In this document: positions 1 to 9,131 of the stretch, one piece after another
Numbering within the stretch: the stretch's first letter is position 1
Layout: the number at the start of each line of letters is the position of its first letter
Source: Thermoflexus hugenholtzii JAD2
GTDB lineage: Bacteria; Chloroflexota; UBA11872; UBA12225
Direction: 5' to 3'
DNA: 47,331 nt
Assembly (NCBI GenBank): GCA_945907765.1
Contig: CAMDTO010000006.1
Location: 1 to 47,331 of the forward strand
Translations under genes and position numbers: made by a program
The notes under the pieces: model-generated
What the model was told of the DNA's origin: nothing
Seen by the model: the letters and a program-made list of their open reading frames with translations, nothing else
The model's database searches: none

Positions 1-555
1 ATGCCCATCGTGGTGCGGTCAAGTTTCCACGAGGCGCCCGGCACCACCATCGTCACAGGAGATGCCATGCCACTCGAAGGGCGGGAACGGGTCCGCGCGA
101 TTGCCCACGACACCGATGTTGCCAGGATCACGATCGTCAGCGTGCCGGATCGGCCCGGCATCGCCCACGGCATCTTCGCACCGATCGAGGAGGCATCGAT
201 CAGCGTTGACGTCATCGTCCAGAATGTCAGCCACCAGAACGTGACGGATATTTCGTTCACTGTTTCGCGCACGGACCTGGCACGGACGCTGCGCATCATT
301 GAGCCGGTTGCCCAAGAGATGCAGGCTCAGGCGGTCACCCATTCGGCATCCCTGGCCAAGATCAGCATTGTCGGTTCAGGCATGGTGGCCAATCCCGGCT
401 ACGCAGCTCGAATGTTCCGGGCGCTCGCGGAGGCCAACTGCAACATCGTGTCCATCACCACCAGTGAGATCCGGATCACCTGCCTCATTGATGAATCACA
501 GGTGCCAGTCGCCGCACGCGCCCTGCATGACGCCTTCCAGCTTGACGTCATCTGA
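1..555 (+). CDS. lysC: Aspartate kinase, C-terminal ACT-domain part (gene begins before the window)
   Basis: VRSSF, VPDRPGIA, VDVIVQN, KISIVGSGM, ITTSEIRITCLI and ALHDAFQL are typical of the aspartokinase regulatory ACT domains. Confidence 0.92.
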   Translation: MPIVVRSSFHEAPGTTIVTGDAMPLEGRERVRAIAHDTDVARITIVSVPDRPGIAHGIFAPIEEASISVDVIVQNVSHQNVTDISFTVSRTDLARTLRIIEPVAQEMQAQAVTHSASLAKISIVGSGMVANPGYAARMFRALAEANCNIVSITTSEIRITCLIDESQVPVAARALHDAFQLDVI

Positions 556-599
556 CCGCCTCTCGCCGCAGTTTCGGTCCAAAGTGCGGCGGATGGCGG
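556..599 (+). terminator. Stem-loop immediately after the lysC stop (probable terminator or stabilising hairpin)
   Basis: Imperfect inverted repeat: CCGCC..CGCCGCA.TTT / AAA.TGCGGCG..GGCGG. There is no strong U-tract. Confidence 0.45.
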
Positions 600-618
600 A
601 TTAGAACCGTACTGGCCG

Positions 619-647
619 TTGCGTTGTGCGGTCGACCGTCCTATATT
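619..647 (+). promoter_or_regulatory. Sigma70-type promoter upstream of the DUF151 gene
   Basis: TTGCGT (619-624), a 17-nt spacer, then TATATT (642-647) in an otherwise GC-rich intergenic region. Confidence 0.55.
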
Positions 648-798
648 TACTGCAGGCATGTAGCGGGGCGTCTTGCTGGCGCGGGTTTTGGGCTCGGGAT
701 GGCGCCGATCCATGAGCAGGGCTCCCTTCTACGATGCCGATCGAACCCCGGTGCCCAGACGCAGCGTACTAGGTCACGGGTGACTGGGAGGGGTAAGC

Positions 799-1335
799 AT
801 GATGGCCGTCGAAATGGTTGTGGAAAGCATTCGCCAGAACCTTCTCGCCCCGCACCGCATCGTCGTGCTCAAGGAAACGGGTCGCGAGCGTTACTTGCCC
901 ATCGTCATTGGTGTTGCCGAGGCTGACGCCATTTCCATGCGGCTCCAGAACCTCGAGGTCCCCCGTCCCCTCACGCATGACCTTTTGGCAAGCGTTATCA
1001 CTGCGCTCGGCGGTCGGGTCACCAAGATCATCGTCACCGACCTGACGGGTGAGACCTTCTTCGCACGCATCGTCCTCGATGTCGATGGACGCCATGTCGA
1101 GGTGGACTCCCGTCCGTCCGACGCAATCGCCCTTGCCGTCCGGGTTGGCGTCCCGATCTTTGTCGACGAGGCCGTCCTGCAGCGGGGGGCGGTCGTTCCC
1201 GAGGGCCATGAGCGTCCGGTCGATGGGCAGGAAATGGAGAAGACCGGCGAACGGATAGCCGACGAGCAACTCGCGGTCTTCAAGGACATCATCGACAAGT
1301 TGAACCTCGACGACTTGGGCAAGGGTCGCCACTGA
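799..1335 (+). CDS. Bifunctional nuclease family protein (DUF151/BFN)
   Basis: LPIVIGVAEA, PRPLTHDL, FFARI and DSRPSDAIALAVR motifs; GGGAGGGG ribosome-binding site. Confidence 0.9.
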   Translation: MMAVEMVVESIRQNLLAPHRIVVLKETGRERYLPIVIGVAEADAISMRLQNLEVPRPLTHDLLASVITALGGRVTKIIVTDLTGETFFARIVLDVDGRHVEVDSRPSDAIALAVRVGVPIFVDEAVLQRGAVVPEGHERPVDGQEMEKTGERIADEQLAVFKDIIDKLNLDDLGKGRH

Positions 1336-1419
1336 CCTTCGTTGCACCGGACGGCGTGACGGGAGCAAGATGATGCCCCCCGCGCCCTGCTCCTTCCCCG
1401 TTGCGATGGGGTTTGCGTG

Positions 1420-2727
1420 TCAACGTCGCATCCTGGTCTCATCTCGATGCGACGCCGTGCCGTCCAAGGCCGGGGCAAGCCTCGGGTCGTTTAGGAGGAG
1501 TGCGCGGAGTGCCGGTGGGGCCACCAGAGTGGTCACCAAGGTCATCACGATCAGTGCCGAGAACGTGGTGTCGTCTAGGATCCCCTGGACATGTCCCATG
1601 CCGGCCACCACCAGGCCGACCTCGCCTCGTGGAACCATGCCAATGCCGATGATTGCCTTCGTCCGCCCCGTACCGACTGCGGTGCGCATGCCAACCGCCC
1701 CGACCGCCCCGCCAACGACCTTTCCCACGATCGCAATGACCGTGAGTGCCCCTGCGAGAAGCGCGGTGGACCCGTTGGAAAGGGCCATCGGGTCCATCTG
1801 GGCGCCAGTCGCCACGAAGAAGATCGGGACGAACAATTGCGAGAGGGGCTGGACGTGGGCTTCGAGCTGGTAGCGTTCGCGTGCTTCGGCACGGATCATC
1901 CAGGCCAGGAATGCCCCGACTACCGCAGCCAAGCCAAGCGCGCTTGACAGAACCGCAAGCGCCAGCGCGATCCCGATTGCAAGGGTGAACGGTGCCCCAG
2001 GCGTCTTCAGCGCATCAAGGTGAACGCTATACCGTCCGATCACCCGACGTCCGACCCCCAGCACGAAGGCGATGAATGCGGCTGTCTGGACAAGGACGAC
2101 GCCAATCCGGATGAATGCGTCAGGTGACATCGAGAGGTCCCCGCCCGACCCGGCCATCGCTCCCACGACCGTCAGCACGACCATCCCGAGGACATCGTCG
2201 ATCACCGCCGCGCCCAGGATCACCCGTGATTCCGGCAGTGTGATCGCACCGATGTCGCGCAGGACGCGCGCGGTCACCCCGACGGACGTTGCCACCAGCA
2301 CGGTTGCGGTGAACACCGAGACCAGCGCGCTTTCCTGCACCATCGCCATGAAGGCAAATCCGAGACCGAACGGCACGGCGACCCCGCCGATTGCCACCAG
2401 AACCGCACGCGGCCCCGTCTGGGTCAGGTCTGAAAGGCGCGTCTCGAGACCCACATGGAACAGCAGGATGACGACGCCAAGTTCCGCGACCGTGTGGATC
2501 ACGAGGTCGAATGCATGTGACGCTGCCTTCGCGTCGCCTCCGAACGCGAGTGTGAACGCCGCACTCGGCACACCTATCCAACCGAGCATATGCGGCCCGA
2601 GCATGACCCCAGCAAGGATCTCCCCAATGACTGCCGGCTGCCCGATGCGTTCGCACACCTCGGCGAACAGCTTGGCCGCGACGAACATGAGTAGCAGGTC
2701 AAGCAGGATCCATCCCACCGGGGTCAT
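1420..2727 (-). CDS. Cation:proton antiporter (CPA2/Kef/NapA type)
   Basis: GEILAGVMLGP, LLFHVGLE, ATSVG, AAVIDD, PIFFVATG and GMVPRGEV motifs with many TM helices. Start chosen at MTPVGW (2727); the ORF extends to 2799. Confidence 0.88.
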   Translation of the reverse strand: MTPVGWILLDLLLMFVAAKLFAEVCERIGQPAVIGEILAGVMLGPHMLGWIGVPSAAFTLAFGGDAKAASHAFDLVIHTVAELGVVILLFHVGLETRLSDLTQTGPRAVLVAIGGVAVPFGLGFAFMAMVQESALVSVFTATVLVATSVGVTARVLRDIGAITLPESRVILGAAVIDDVLGMVVLTVVGAMAGSGGDLSMSPDAFIRIGVVLVQTAAFIAFVLGVGRRVIGRYSVHLDALKTPGAPFTLAIGIALALAVLSSALGLAAVVGAFLAWMIRAEARERYQLEAHVQPLSQLFVPIFFVATGAQMDPMALSNGSTALLAGALTVIAIVGKVVGGAVGAVGMRTAVGTGRTKAIIGIGMVPRGEVGLVVAGMGHVQGILDDTTFSALIVMTLVTTLVAPPALRALLLNDPRLAPALDGTASHRDETRMRR

Positions 2728-2818
2728 CAGTGGTTGCCTCTGGGACGCACCGAAAGCCCGCCCGACCCACCGGCAGTTGGTCGATGCACGTGCATCCACC
2801 CCATTACCCCAGATGCGT

Positions 2819-2845
2819 GCACGCGTCGCACGCGTCGCACGCGTT
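2819..2845. repeat. 9-bp tandem repeat, (GCACGCGTC)x2 + GCACGCGTT
   Basis: Read directly in the intergenic region between the SIMPL gene and the antiporter. Confidence 0.8.
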
Positions 2846-2872
2846 GCGGCCCAAGTGCGGGTGGCACGTCGG

Positions 2873-3793
2873 TCAGTTCGATGTTCCGAAGGTCACGCGC
2901 ACGCGTCCACGGAACGTGAGTTCACCGGACTGGACGGGCGTGGGCGGCCCGGCGGACGCTGCCAGGGCGCGCGGTGCGACCATGTCCGAGGTCTCCGGAC
3001 GGACAATCCCGCCGCCATCATCTGACGCCATCGCCACACCGGTCACCTTGATCCCGAGCCCCGAAGCGATTGCGTCTGCCTTGCCTCGCGCATCCGAAGC
3101 TGCCTGTTCAAGGGCCTGTCTGGTCACGTCGCGTTCGTTCCGCACCCCGAAACGCAGGTTCCCCGCGCTGTTGGCACCGGCATTGACGGCGGCGTCGTAG
3201 ATTTCGCCGGCTCGCGTGATGTCATCGATGGTCACCGAGACTTGGTTGATCGCCTCGTAGGATGAGATTGCAGGTGGGCGATTGTCACTTGGGGGTCGGG
3301 GCGTGAAGACCGGGTTGAGTGAAAGTCCCGATGTCCGGATCCCGGCACCCGGCACCCCGGCACGCTTGAGTGCATCGATGACCGCGTTTGCCTGTGTCGC
3401 GTTCAAGTCGGTCGCTTCGCGCGCCGTTCTTGCCTCCGTCCGGATGCCCATCGTCAGGTACGCGACATCCGGTTGGACCGTGACGGCGCTTTCCCCGGTC
3501 ACCGTGATCCCCGATGCCGTGGCGGTCTGGGGCGTGATCGGTGCAGCCGAAGCTACTCCCAACCACGTCGAGGCTTGATGTGGTGGCGCGTTGCTGGGGT
3601 CACCGACGTGCAATGACGCGTACGCGACACACGCCGTGACCGCGACAGTGACCGCGACCGAAAGCCCTCCCAGTCCGCGTGCGATTGGGCGCCACCAAGC
3701 TGGTAGCCCGCCGTATGCGTATCGTCGGGATGGTTCAGCGGAGGTGGTGATCGGTCGGAAATCTTGAGGCAATGTGCGCCGGACGTCTGACAT
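2873..3793 (-). CDS. SIMPL/DUF541 domain protein with N-terminal membrane anchor
   Basis: ITVTGESAVTVQPD, IRTSGLSLNP, AVNAGAN and ASDARGKADAIA are typical of SIMPL. Start chosen at MSDVRR (3793). Confidence 0.85.
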   Translation of the reverse strand: MSDVRRTLPQDFRPITTSAEPSRRYAYGGLPAWWRPIARGLGGLSVAVTVAVTACVAYASLHVGDPSNAPPHQASTWLGVASAAPITPQTATASGITVTGESAVTVQPDVAYLTMGIRTEARTAREATDLNATQANAVIDALKRAGVPGAGIRTSGLSLNPVFTPRPPSDNRPPAISSYEAINQVSVTIDDITRAGEIYDAAVNAGANSAGNLRFGVRNERDVTRQALEQAASDARGKADAIASGLGIKVTGVAMASDDGGGIVRPETSDMVAPRALAASAGPPTPVQSGELTFRGRVRVTFGTSN

Positions 3794-4083
3794 GCTGCGG
3801 TTCCTCGCGGTGGTTGTCGGTGTTCGACCAGTGAAGCGCAACAGGCAGACGGTACCAGTGTGCAACCCGGTTTGCCACATGCCCGGACGTCGCCTCGACG
3901 AAGGGTTCGGGTACCCTTGAGGTCGGGAAGTGCTACCAACGCGTCGCCTTGCGCGTTCTCCCAACCCTTCGTGTGGGTGATCGAAATGGCGGCTCAGACG
4001 GTGTTCCCGGTGGACCATATCCTCGTTCAGTCGTGTCCGGAAGGCGACGGTCGGGGGGTCTGGGAGCCAGGCTGGTTGGCGAG

Positions 4084-6558
4084 ATGACGGGAAGTGCGGC
4101 TCCAAGGCCACGGCCCGCCCGGCGCATCGGTCCGTACGAGATCCTCGAAACGGTCGGACGCGGTGGCAGCGCCGTGGTCTACCGTGCCCGCGACACCCGT
4201 GCCCGCGAAGCGATGGCAATCGGCGGTATCGGAGCGGTAGCGCCCGACAACGATGTCGCCCTCAAGCTGATCGCCGGCGCGTTCGCGGGATCAACCGAGT
4301 TCCGTGCCCGGTTCCGCCAAGAGGTCGACCTCATCCGGCGGTTGCGTCACCCCCACATCCTTTCGGTCTACGACAGTGGCGAGTCAGATGGATCTGACGA
4401 CGTGCCGCTAGGCCCGGATGGATCTATTCCGGGCGAACGTGCCCCCATTGATGCCAGCTTGGCGGGAGGCTACTCGTATCTCGTCACTGAATATTGCAGT
4501 GGTGGCAGCCTCGATGTGGCCATGCGTGCGCCCCGGAAGTTGCGCAACCGGTGCCGGCTTGCCGCTGCCATCGCGACCCAGATTGGCAGCGCCCTGGACG
4601 AGGCCCACGCGTCATCGGTCCTGCACCGGGACATCAAGCCATCCAACATCCTGCTTGCCTCCGGCGGGCGGTACGTCCTTGGGGATTTTGGCCTGGCGCG
4701 CGTCTTTGACACGGGAACCAGCCTGCACCTGACTGTCACCGGGTATGTGACCGGGACTCCGTCCTATATGGCGCCTGAACAGGCAAGTGGAGGTTCGGCT
4801 GACGGCCGGACGGACCTTTACGGTCTTGGTGTCGTGCTGTTCGAGATCATCGTGGGAGCTGTACCTTTCCGGGGCGAACAGGCGATGGCGATCATGCATG
4901 CCCAAGTGCACCAACCGGTGCCCCGGGCAGATGCGGTTGATCCTGCGGTTCCGGAGCGAGTGGCCGACGTTCTCTACCGTGCGCTCGCAAAATCGCGCGA
5001 AGCTCGCTACCCATCCGGACGGGCACTCGCGGCTGCGCTTGTCAAGGGCATCGTCGACTCCGGCATCCCGGTCCCTGAAAAGGCGGTCAATCCTGCAGGT
5101 GTCGCCACTGGCCCGGTCGATGGATCCACCAAGTTGGACGACGATCCATCGTCCCGCAATCCAATTGCTCGCGGATGGTCGCCATCACGCCTGGCACGCG
5201 GAGCCACGACGACGCTTCGCGGAACCCTTGCCCGGTGGTCGGTGCCGTTCCGGGTGGTTGCGGCCACTGCGCTGGTCCTCGCCTTGGCGACCGGAAGTCT
5301 TGCCATCTCCGGGAACGTGGACGGTCCGAACGGCGAAACCATTGCTTCATTGACCACCCGGGCACAGGCAATCCTGGCGGTCTGGCGCAGTGCCGACGAT
5401 GGCCCGAGCATCACCGAGGCGTTGATGCCCAGCGCCAGTCGCCCGGCTCCTTTGCGCCCGACCGTCACGGTGCGGTTCAGCCAACCCATGGACGTGGTCT
5501 CCGTCGAGACCAACCTTCGGTTCATTCCCGACGCCTCGGCGTTGTTTCCGGGCGGGAGCGCGGTCTCGCCGGTCCCGCTGGATTTCGAATGGAACGGCCA
5601 GTTGGTGGTCGTGATCCCGCGGTACGACCTGATGCCCTCCATGACCTATCTCGTCACCCTTGATGGTGGTGCCCGGAGTGTCGAGGGACGCGCACTTGTC
5701 CGCCCCTTGGATCATCGGTTCACCACGCGGTCGCTTTCGGAACCGACCCCGCCCGGCGGGGTAGTCGCGCCTCCGGAGCGGGTTGTCCCCGGGGTGACCG
5801 TTCCCACTGAGACCAGACGCACTCCGGTAGCGACATCTGTCCCGCCACGTCCCACGACAGGCACTGCGCCGACGGTGATCCGCACGACCGTCGCCGTGGC
5901 AACGGTCCCGAGGTCGCCAACGTCGGGGATCGCTGGTGCCGTCACTCCGGCCCAGTCCCCGGCTTCCGGCACCACCGTTCCAGACACTACTCCACGGTCT
6001 TCCACGTCCGATGGCACCACGCCGGCAGTCTCGACGCCCCGTTCGGTTCCAGATAGCCCCGGTGTGATCACCACGGTGACGGCAAGTCCGGATGGTGCGC
6101 GCGTGGAATCGGTGGGGCCCATGGGTACCGGGACCCCGCTCGTGCTTGTGACCACGCCATACGCGCCGGTAACCGGAACCGGGCCGGCCACGGTCACCCC
6201 CGTCCGGTTCCAAGGTTCTCCAACGCCAGTGGGGGCAACGCCGATTGGCGGTGGCACTCCGATCGGGTGGGCAGGCAACGTGTCGCCAACGACTGTCGGG
6301 GCGTCGTCCGGTGGATCACGCTCCCTGATGTCCCCGACACCTGCATCCGTCGGCGTCTACATCACGCCACCACCGACCGTGACAGGCGTTGCGCTCACGA
6401 TCGTCGCGGGAATCCTGCCGTCCCCCACTCTCGCCGGGGGTGGTGTGAACACGATTCCGGCGACCCCGTTGGTTCTGCCATCGCCGACGATTGCGCTGCT
6501 TGGCGCGCGCATCCCGGCCACTCCCACCGTTCCTGCGACACCGACAGGCACACCGTAG
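4084..6558 (+). CDS. Transmembrane Hanks-type Ser/Thr protein kinase with an extracellular Ig-like (Big_5-type) domain and a Pro/Thr-rich tail
   Basis: GRGGSAVVY, VALK, HRDIKPSNIL, DFGLAR and GTPSYMAPE; one TM helix; VTVRFSQPMD...YLVTLDG..FTT Ig-like signature; long PT-rich C-terminus. Start uncertain (ATG 4084). Confidence 0.9.
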   Translation: MTGSAAPRPRPARRIGPYEILETVGRGGSAVVYRARDTRAREAMAIGGIGAVAPDNDVALKLIAGAFAGSTEFRARFRQEVDLIRRLRHPHILSVYDSGESDGSDDVPLGPDGSIPGERAPIDASLAGGYSYLVTEYCSGGSLDVAMRAPRKLRNRCRLAAAIATQIGSALDEAHASSVLHRDIKPSNILLASGGRYVLGDFGLARVFDTGTSLHLTVTGYVTGTPSYMAPEQASGGSADGRTDLYGLGVVLFEIIVGAVPFRGEQAMAIMHAQVHQPVPRADAVDPAVPERVADVLYRALAKSREARYPSGRALAAALVKGIVDSGIPVPEKAVNPAGVATGPVDGSTKLDDDPSSRNPIARGWSPSRLARGATTTLRGTLARWSVPFRVVAATALVLALATGSLAISGNVDGPNGETIASLTTRAQAILAVWRSADDGPSITEALMPSASRPAPLRPTVTVRFSQPMDVVSVETNLRFIPDASALFPGGSAVSPVPLDFEWNGQLVVVIPRYDLMPSMTYLVTLDGGARSVEGRALVRPLDHRFTTRSLSEPTPPGGVVAPPERVVPGVTVPTETRRTPVATSVPPRPTTGTAPTVIRTTVAVATVPRSPTSGIAGAVTPAQSPASGTTVPDTTPRSSTSDGTTPAVSTPRSVPDSPGVITTVTASPDGARVESVGPMGTGTPLVLVTTPYAPVTGTGPATVTPVRFQGSPTPVGATPIGGGTPIGWAGNVSPTTVGASSGGSRSLMSPTPASVGVYITPPPTVTGVALTIVAGILPSPTLAGGGVNTIPATPLVLPSPTIALLGARIPATPTVPATPTGTP

Positions 6559-6610
6559 AGCGCAGCGCAATCAGGGGGATGCTGGTGGGACCGGGCTCTC
6601 AGGTCTCAGG

Positions 6611-8011
6611 TCAGCGACCGACTGGCGCCACAACCTGCCCCTGCGCGGTATCACGCACATCCCAGCCAAGGGCGACAATTTCACCCCGGATTGCGTCTGA
6701 AGCAGCCCAGTTCTTCGAAGCACGCGCTTCACGACGACGCTCCAGCAGTGCCTCGACCTCAGCGGGTGGTCCGGCGGGCGCCTCTTCCGGCATCACATGC
6801 GCCAGTCCCATCGGCAGGATCGCGTCCATCCTCAGCACCGTCGCCCGGCGAGCTTCCGGGGAGAGCGCCGCCTCGCGGATTGTCTCCCACACGACCGCGA
6901 GTGCCCTTGGGGCATTCAGGTCGTCACGCAACGCGTCGCCAAACCGCATGAGCGCGGCGTCGTCCGCAATCGCGTCAGGGTCAATCGGCAGGGCGGCGAA
7001 CTGTCCGTGCAGGTTGCGCATCGCACTTGATGCCCCGTCCATCCCTTCCTCGGTGAAGGTCAGGTGGCTCCGGTAGTGCGCGCTGTAGGTGAGGTAGCGG
7101 TACGCCATTGGGGAATAGCCCGCGTCGATCAGGGACTGGAGGGTCAGGAAGTTGCCTTCCGACTTGCCCATTCGGCGGTCCTTGAGAACAAGGAACTCAC
7201 CATGCACCCACCAGTCCGCGAGCAGATGGCCCGTGGCGGCGAGTGTCTGCGCAATCTCGTTGGTGTGGTGCACGGGGATGTGATCAACTCCACCCGAATG
7301 GAGGTCGAATGGCACACCCAGATACTCGGCTGCCATCGCTGAACATTCGATGTGCCAACCAGGGAACCCCTTCCCCCACGGACTTTCCCACTCCATCTGC
7401 CGTTGTTCGGCCGGGTCCGAGAATTTCCAGAGTGCGAAGTCCTGGGCGTTGCGTTTCTCATCATTGACGGCAACGCGCGCCCCGGCTTGCTGCCCGGCGA
7501 GGTCGAGGCGTGCCAGCTGCCCATATTCGGGCAGTTTCGAGGTGTCGAAGTAGATGCCGTCTGAGGTCTGATAGGTAAAACCGCGGGCCTCGATCTTTCG
7601 GACGGTCTCGATCATCTGCGCAATGTGGTCGGTCGCGCGGCACCAGATCGTTGGTTCCAGGACTTCGAGCCGCTCGAGATCCTGCTTGAAAGCCGCCGTG
7701 TAGAACTCGGCAATCTCCCACGCGGTGCGACCCTGTTGGCGCGCACCCTTCTCCATCTTGTCCTCGCCGGTGTCGGCATCAGACGTCAGGTGCCCCACAT
7801 CCGTGATGTTCATCACATGCCGGACATCAAATCCCTCCGCCTCAAGGACCCGGCGCATCAGGTCGGCAAAGATGTACGTGCGTAGGTTCCCGATGTGGGC
7901 GTAGTTGTAAACCGTTGGTCCGCACGAGTAGAACCCGACATGACCGGGAGTGCGCGAGGTGAACGGTGCGACCTGTCGGGTCCAGGTGTTATGGAGGCGT
8001 AGGGGCATCAT
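6611..8011 (-). CDS. cysS: Cysteine--tRNA ligase
   Basis: CGPTVYNYAHIGN, MNITDVGH, DFALWK, GFPGWHIECSAM, HHTNEIAQ and a KMSKS-like RMGKS. Confidence 0.97.
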   Translation of the reverse strand: MMPLRLHNTWTRQVAPFTSRTPGHVGFYSCGPTVYNYAHIGNLRTYIFADLMRRVLEAEGFDVRHVMNITDVGHLTSDADTGEDKMEKGARQQGRTAWEIAEFYTAAFKQDLERLEVLEPTIWCRATDHIAQMIETVRKIEARGFTYQTSDGIYFDTSKLPEYGQLARLDLAGQQAGARVAVNDEKRNAQDFALWKFSDPAEQRQMEWESPWGKGFPGWHIECSAMAAEYLGVPFDLHSGGVDHIPVHHTNEIAQTLAATGHLLADWWVHGEFLVLKDRRMGKSEGNFLTLQSLIDAGYSPMAYRYLTYSAHYRSHLTFTEEGMDGASSAMRNLHGQFAALPIDPDAIADDAALMRFGDALRDDLNAPRALAVVWETIREAALSPEARRATVLRMDAILPMGLAHVMPEEAPAGPPAEVEALLERRREARASKNWAASDAIRGEIVALGWDVRDTAQGQVVAPVGR

Positions 8012-8061
8012 CTCGGTGCGATTTTACCCCTACCCCATGTTGTCTGGACCGTTACCCCCGG

Positions 8062-9060
8062 CTACCCGCGCCCGTAGACAACCTTGAGGAGGGCCTTGAT
8101 GTATCCGTTCGCATATGCATGACCATGCCAGTGCGTGAACGGTGCCGGCAAGTGCGGGGTGTGGTCCATCATGAATGGCCCGCGGAACCCGACCGCCTTG
8201 TACGCCTGCATTGTCGCAAGCATGTCGTTCTGGCCCTCATCGATGAACACCTCGATGAAGTCGTCCGGTGTCCCGACGATGTCCCTGAAGTGAACCACCC
8301 CGATCTTGTTGCGGGTGCCCACCGAATGGATCGCCTCGGCAACGTCGCCGCCCATCTCGGCCACGCAACCTTGGCAGAAGAGCATTGCGTTCGCCTCCGA
8401 AGGGACCATGTCGAAGATCCGGTGGTATTGCGGGATGCTTGAGGTGATCCGCGCCGCTCCGCCGAGTGGGTCATGCACCGGGGGATCATCAGGGTGCAGG
8501 CAGACCCGAACCCCCGCCTCTTCTGCCACTGGCAGGACACGTTCGTAGAACCACCGGAGGTTGGTCCACATCTCCCCCTCGGTGATTGCATCGTGCGTGC
8601 GGTCGCCGTGTTCGGTGTCGCGCCCACCGTTCGCGTCGAGGTCTGCCTTGCGGTAGGTCGACAGCAGTGCACCACCCCGGCCAACCGCGGACGGCGTCCG
8701 GAAGTGACCGATCCCCTGGAATGTCGTGGCCGTCAGTGGCACACCCGCCTGACCGATCCCACGCACGATCTGCGCCCAGTTATGCGCCTCGGCCTCGCGC
8801 CCATCAAGGCCATAGACCACTGACTTCTTGGGCAGACCGCCGTTGTGCAGGACCGAAAGCTCCAGTCCGTGGGCCTCGACATGCTTGCGAAGCGCGATGA
8901 ACTCCTCGGCGTGGGTGCCACCATCCGCCAGGTGTCCCGGCACCCGGATGATGACCCCCTCGACACCAGTTGCCTTCAGGAAGTCCAGGTTCCCCGCCGT
9001 CGTCTCATCCCATCCGATGCTGTCGATCAGCTGTGCGCGTGCCGGTGCCGGTCTTGACAT
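8062..9060 (-). CDS. Mannonate dehydratase (UxuA) family protein
   Basis: NLRWFYERVLPVAEEAGVRVCLHPDDPP, VHFRD, E.FIDEG, DHTP and GYIKAL motifs. Confidence 0.85.
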   Translation of the reverse strand: MSRPAPARAQLIDSIGWDETTAGNLDFLKATGVEGVIIRVPGHLADGGTHAEEFIALRKHVEAHGLELSVLHNGGLPKKSVVYGLDGREAEAHNWAQIVRGIGQAGVPLTATTFQGIGHFRTPSAVGRGGALLSTYRKADLDANGGRDTEHGDRTHDAITEGEMWTNLRWFYERVLPVAEEAGVRVCLHPDDPPVHDPLGGAARITSSIPQYHRIFDMVPSEANAMLFCQGCVAEMGGDVAEAIHSVGTRNKIGVVHFRDIVGTPDDFIEVFIDEGQNDMLATMQAYKAVGFRGPFMMDHTPHLPAPFTHWHGHAYANGYIKALLKVVYGRG

Positions 9061-9131
9061 GTTCCATCACTCCCTGGTTTGCCTGATTGGCGCAGCGTAC
9101 TCCAACCACGTGCCCCGTCGCGTGGCGCTAC

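Noticed and set aside
1880-1915. Antiporter motif GAFLAWMIRAE instead of GAFLAG..LAE as a sign of pseudogenisation
   Set aside because: These are two point differences with no frameshift or stop; I cannot distinguish variant from error.
5740-6555. Pro/Thr-rich kinase tail as a DNA repeat array
   Set aside because: Low complexity at protein level only; no regular nucleotide repeat unit.
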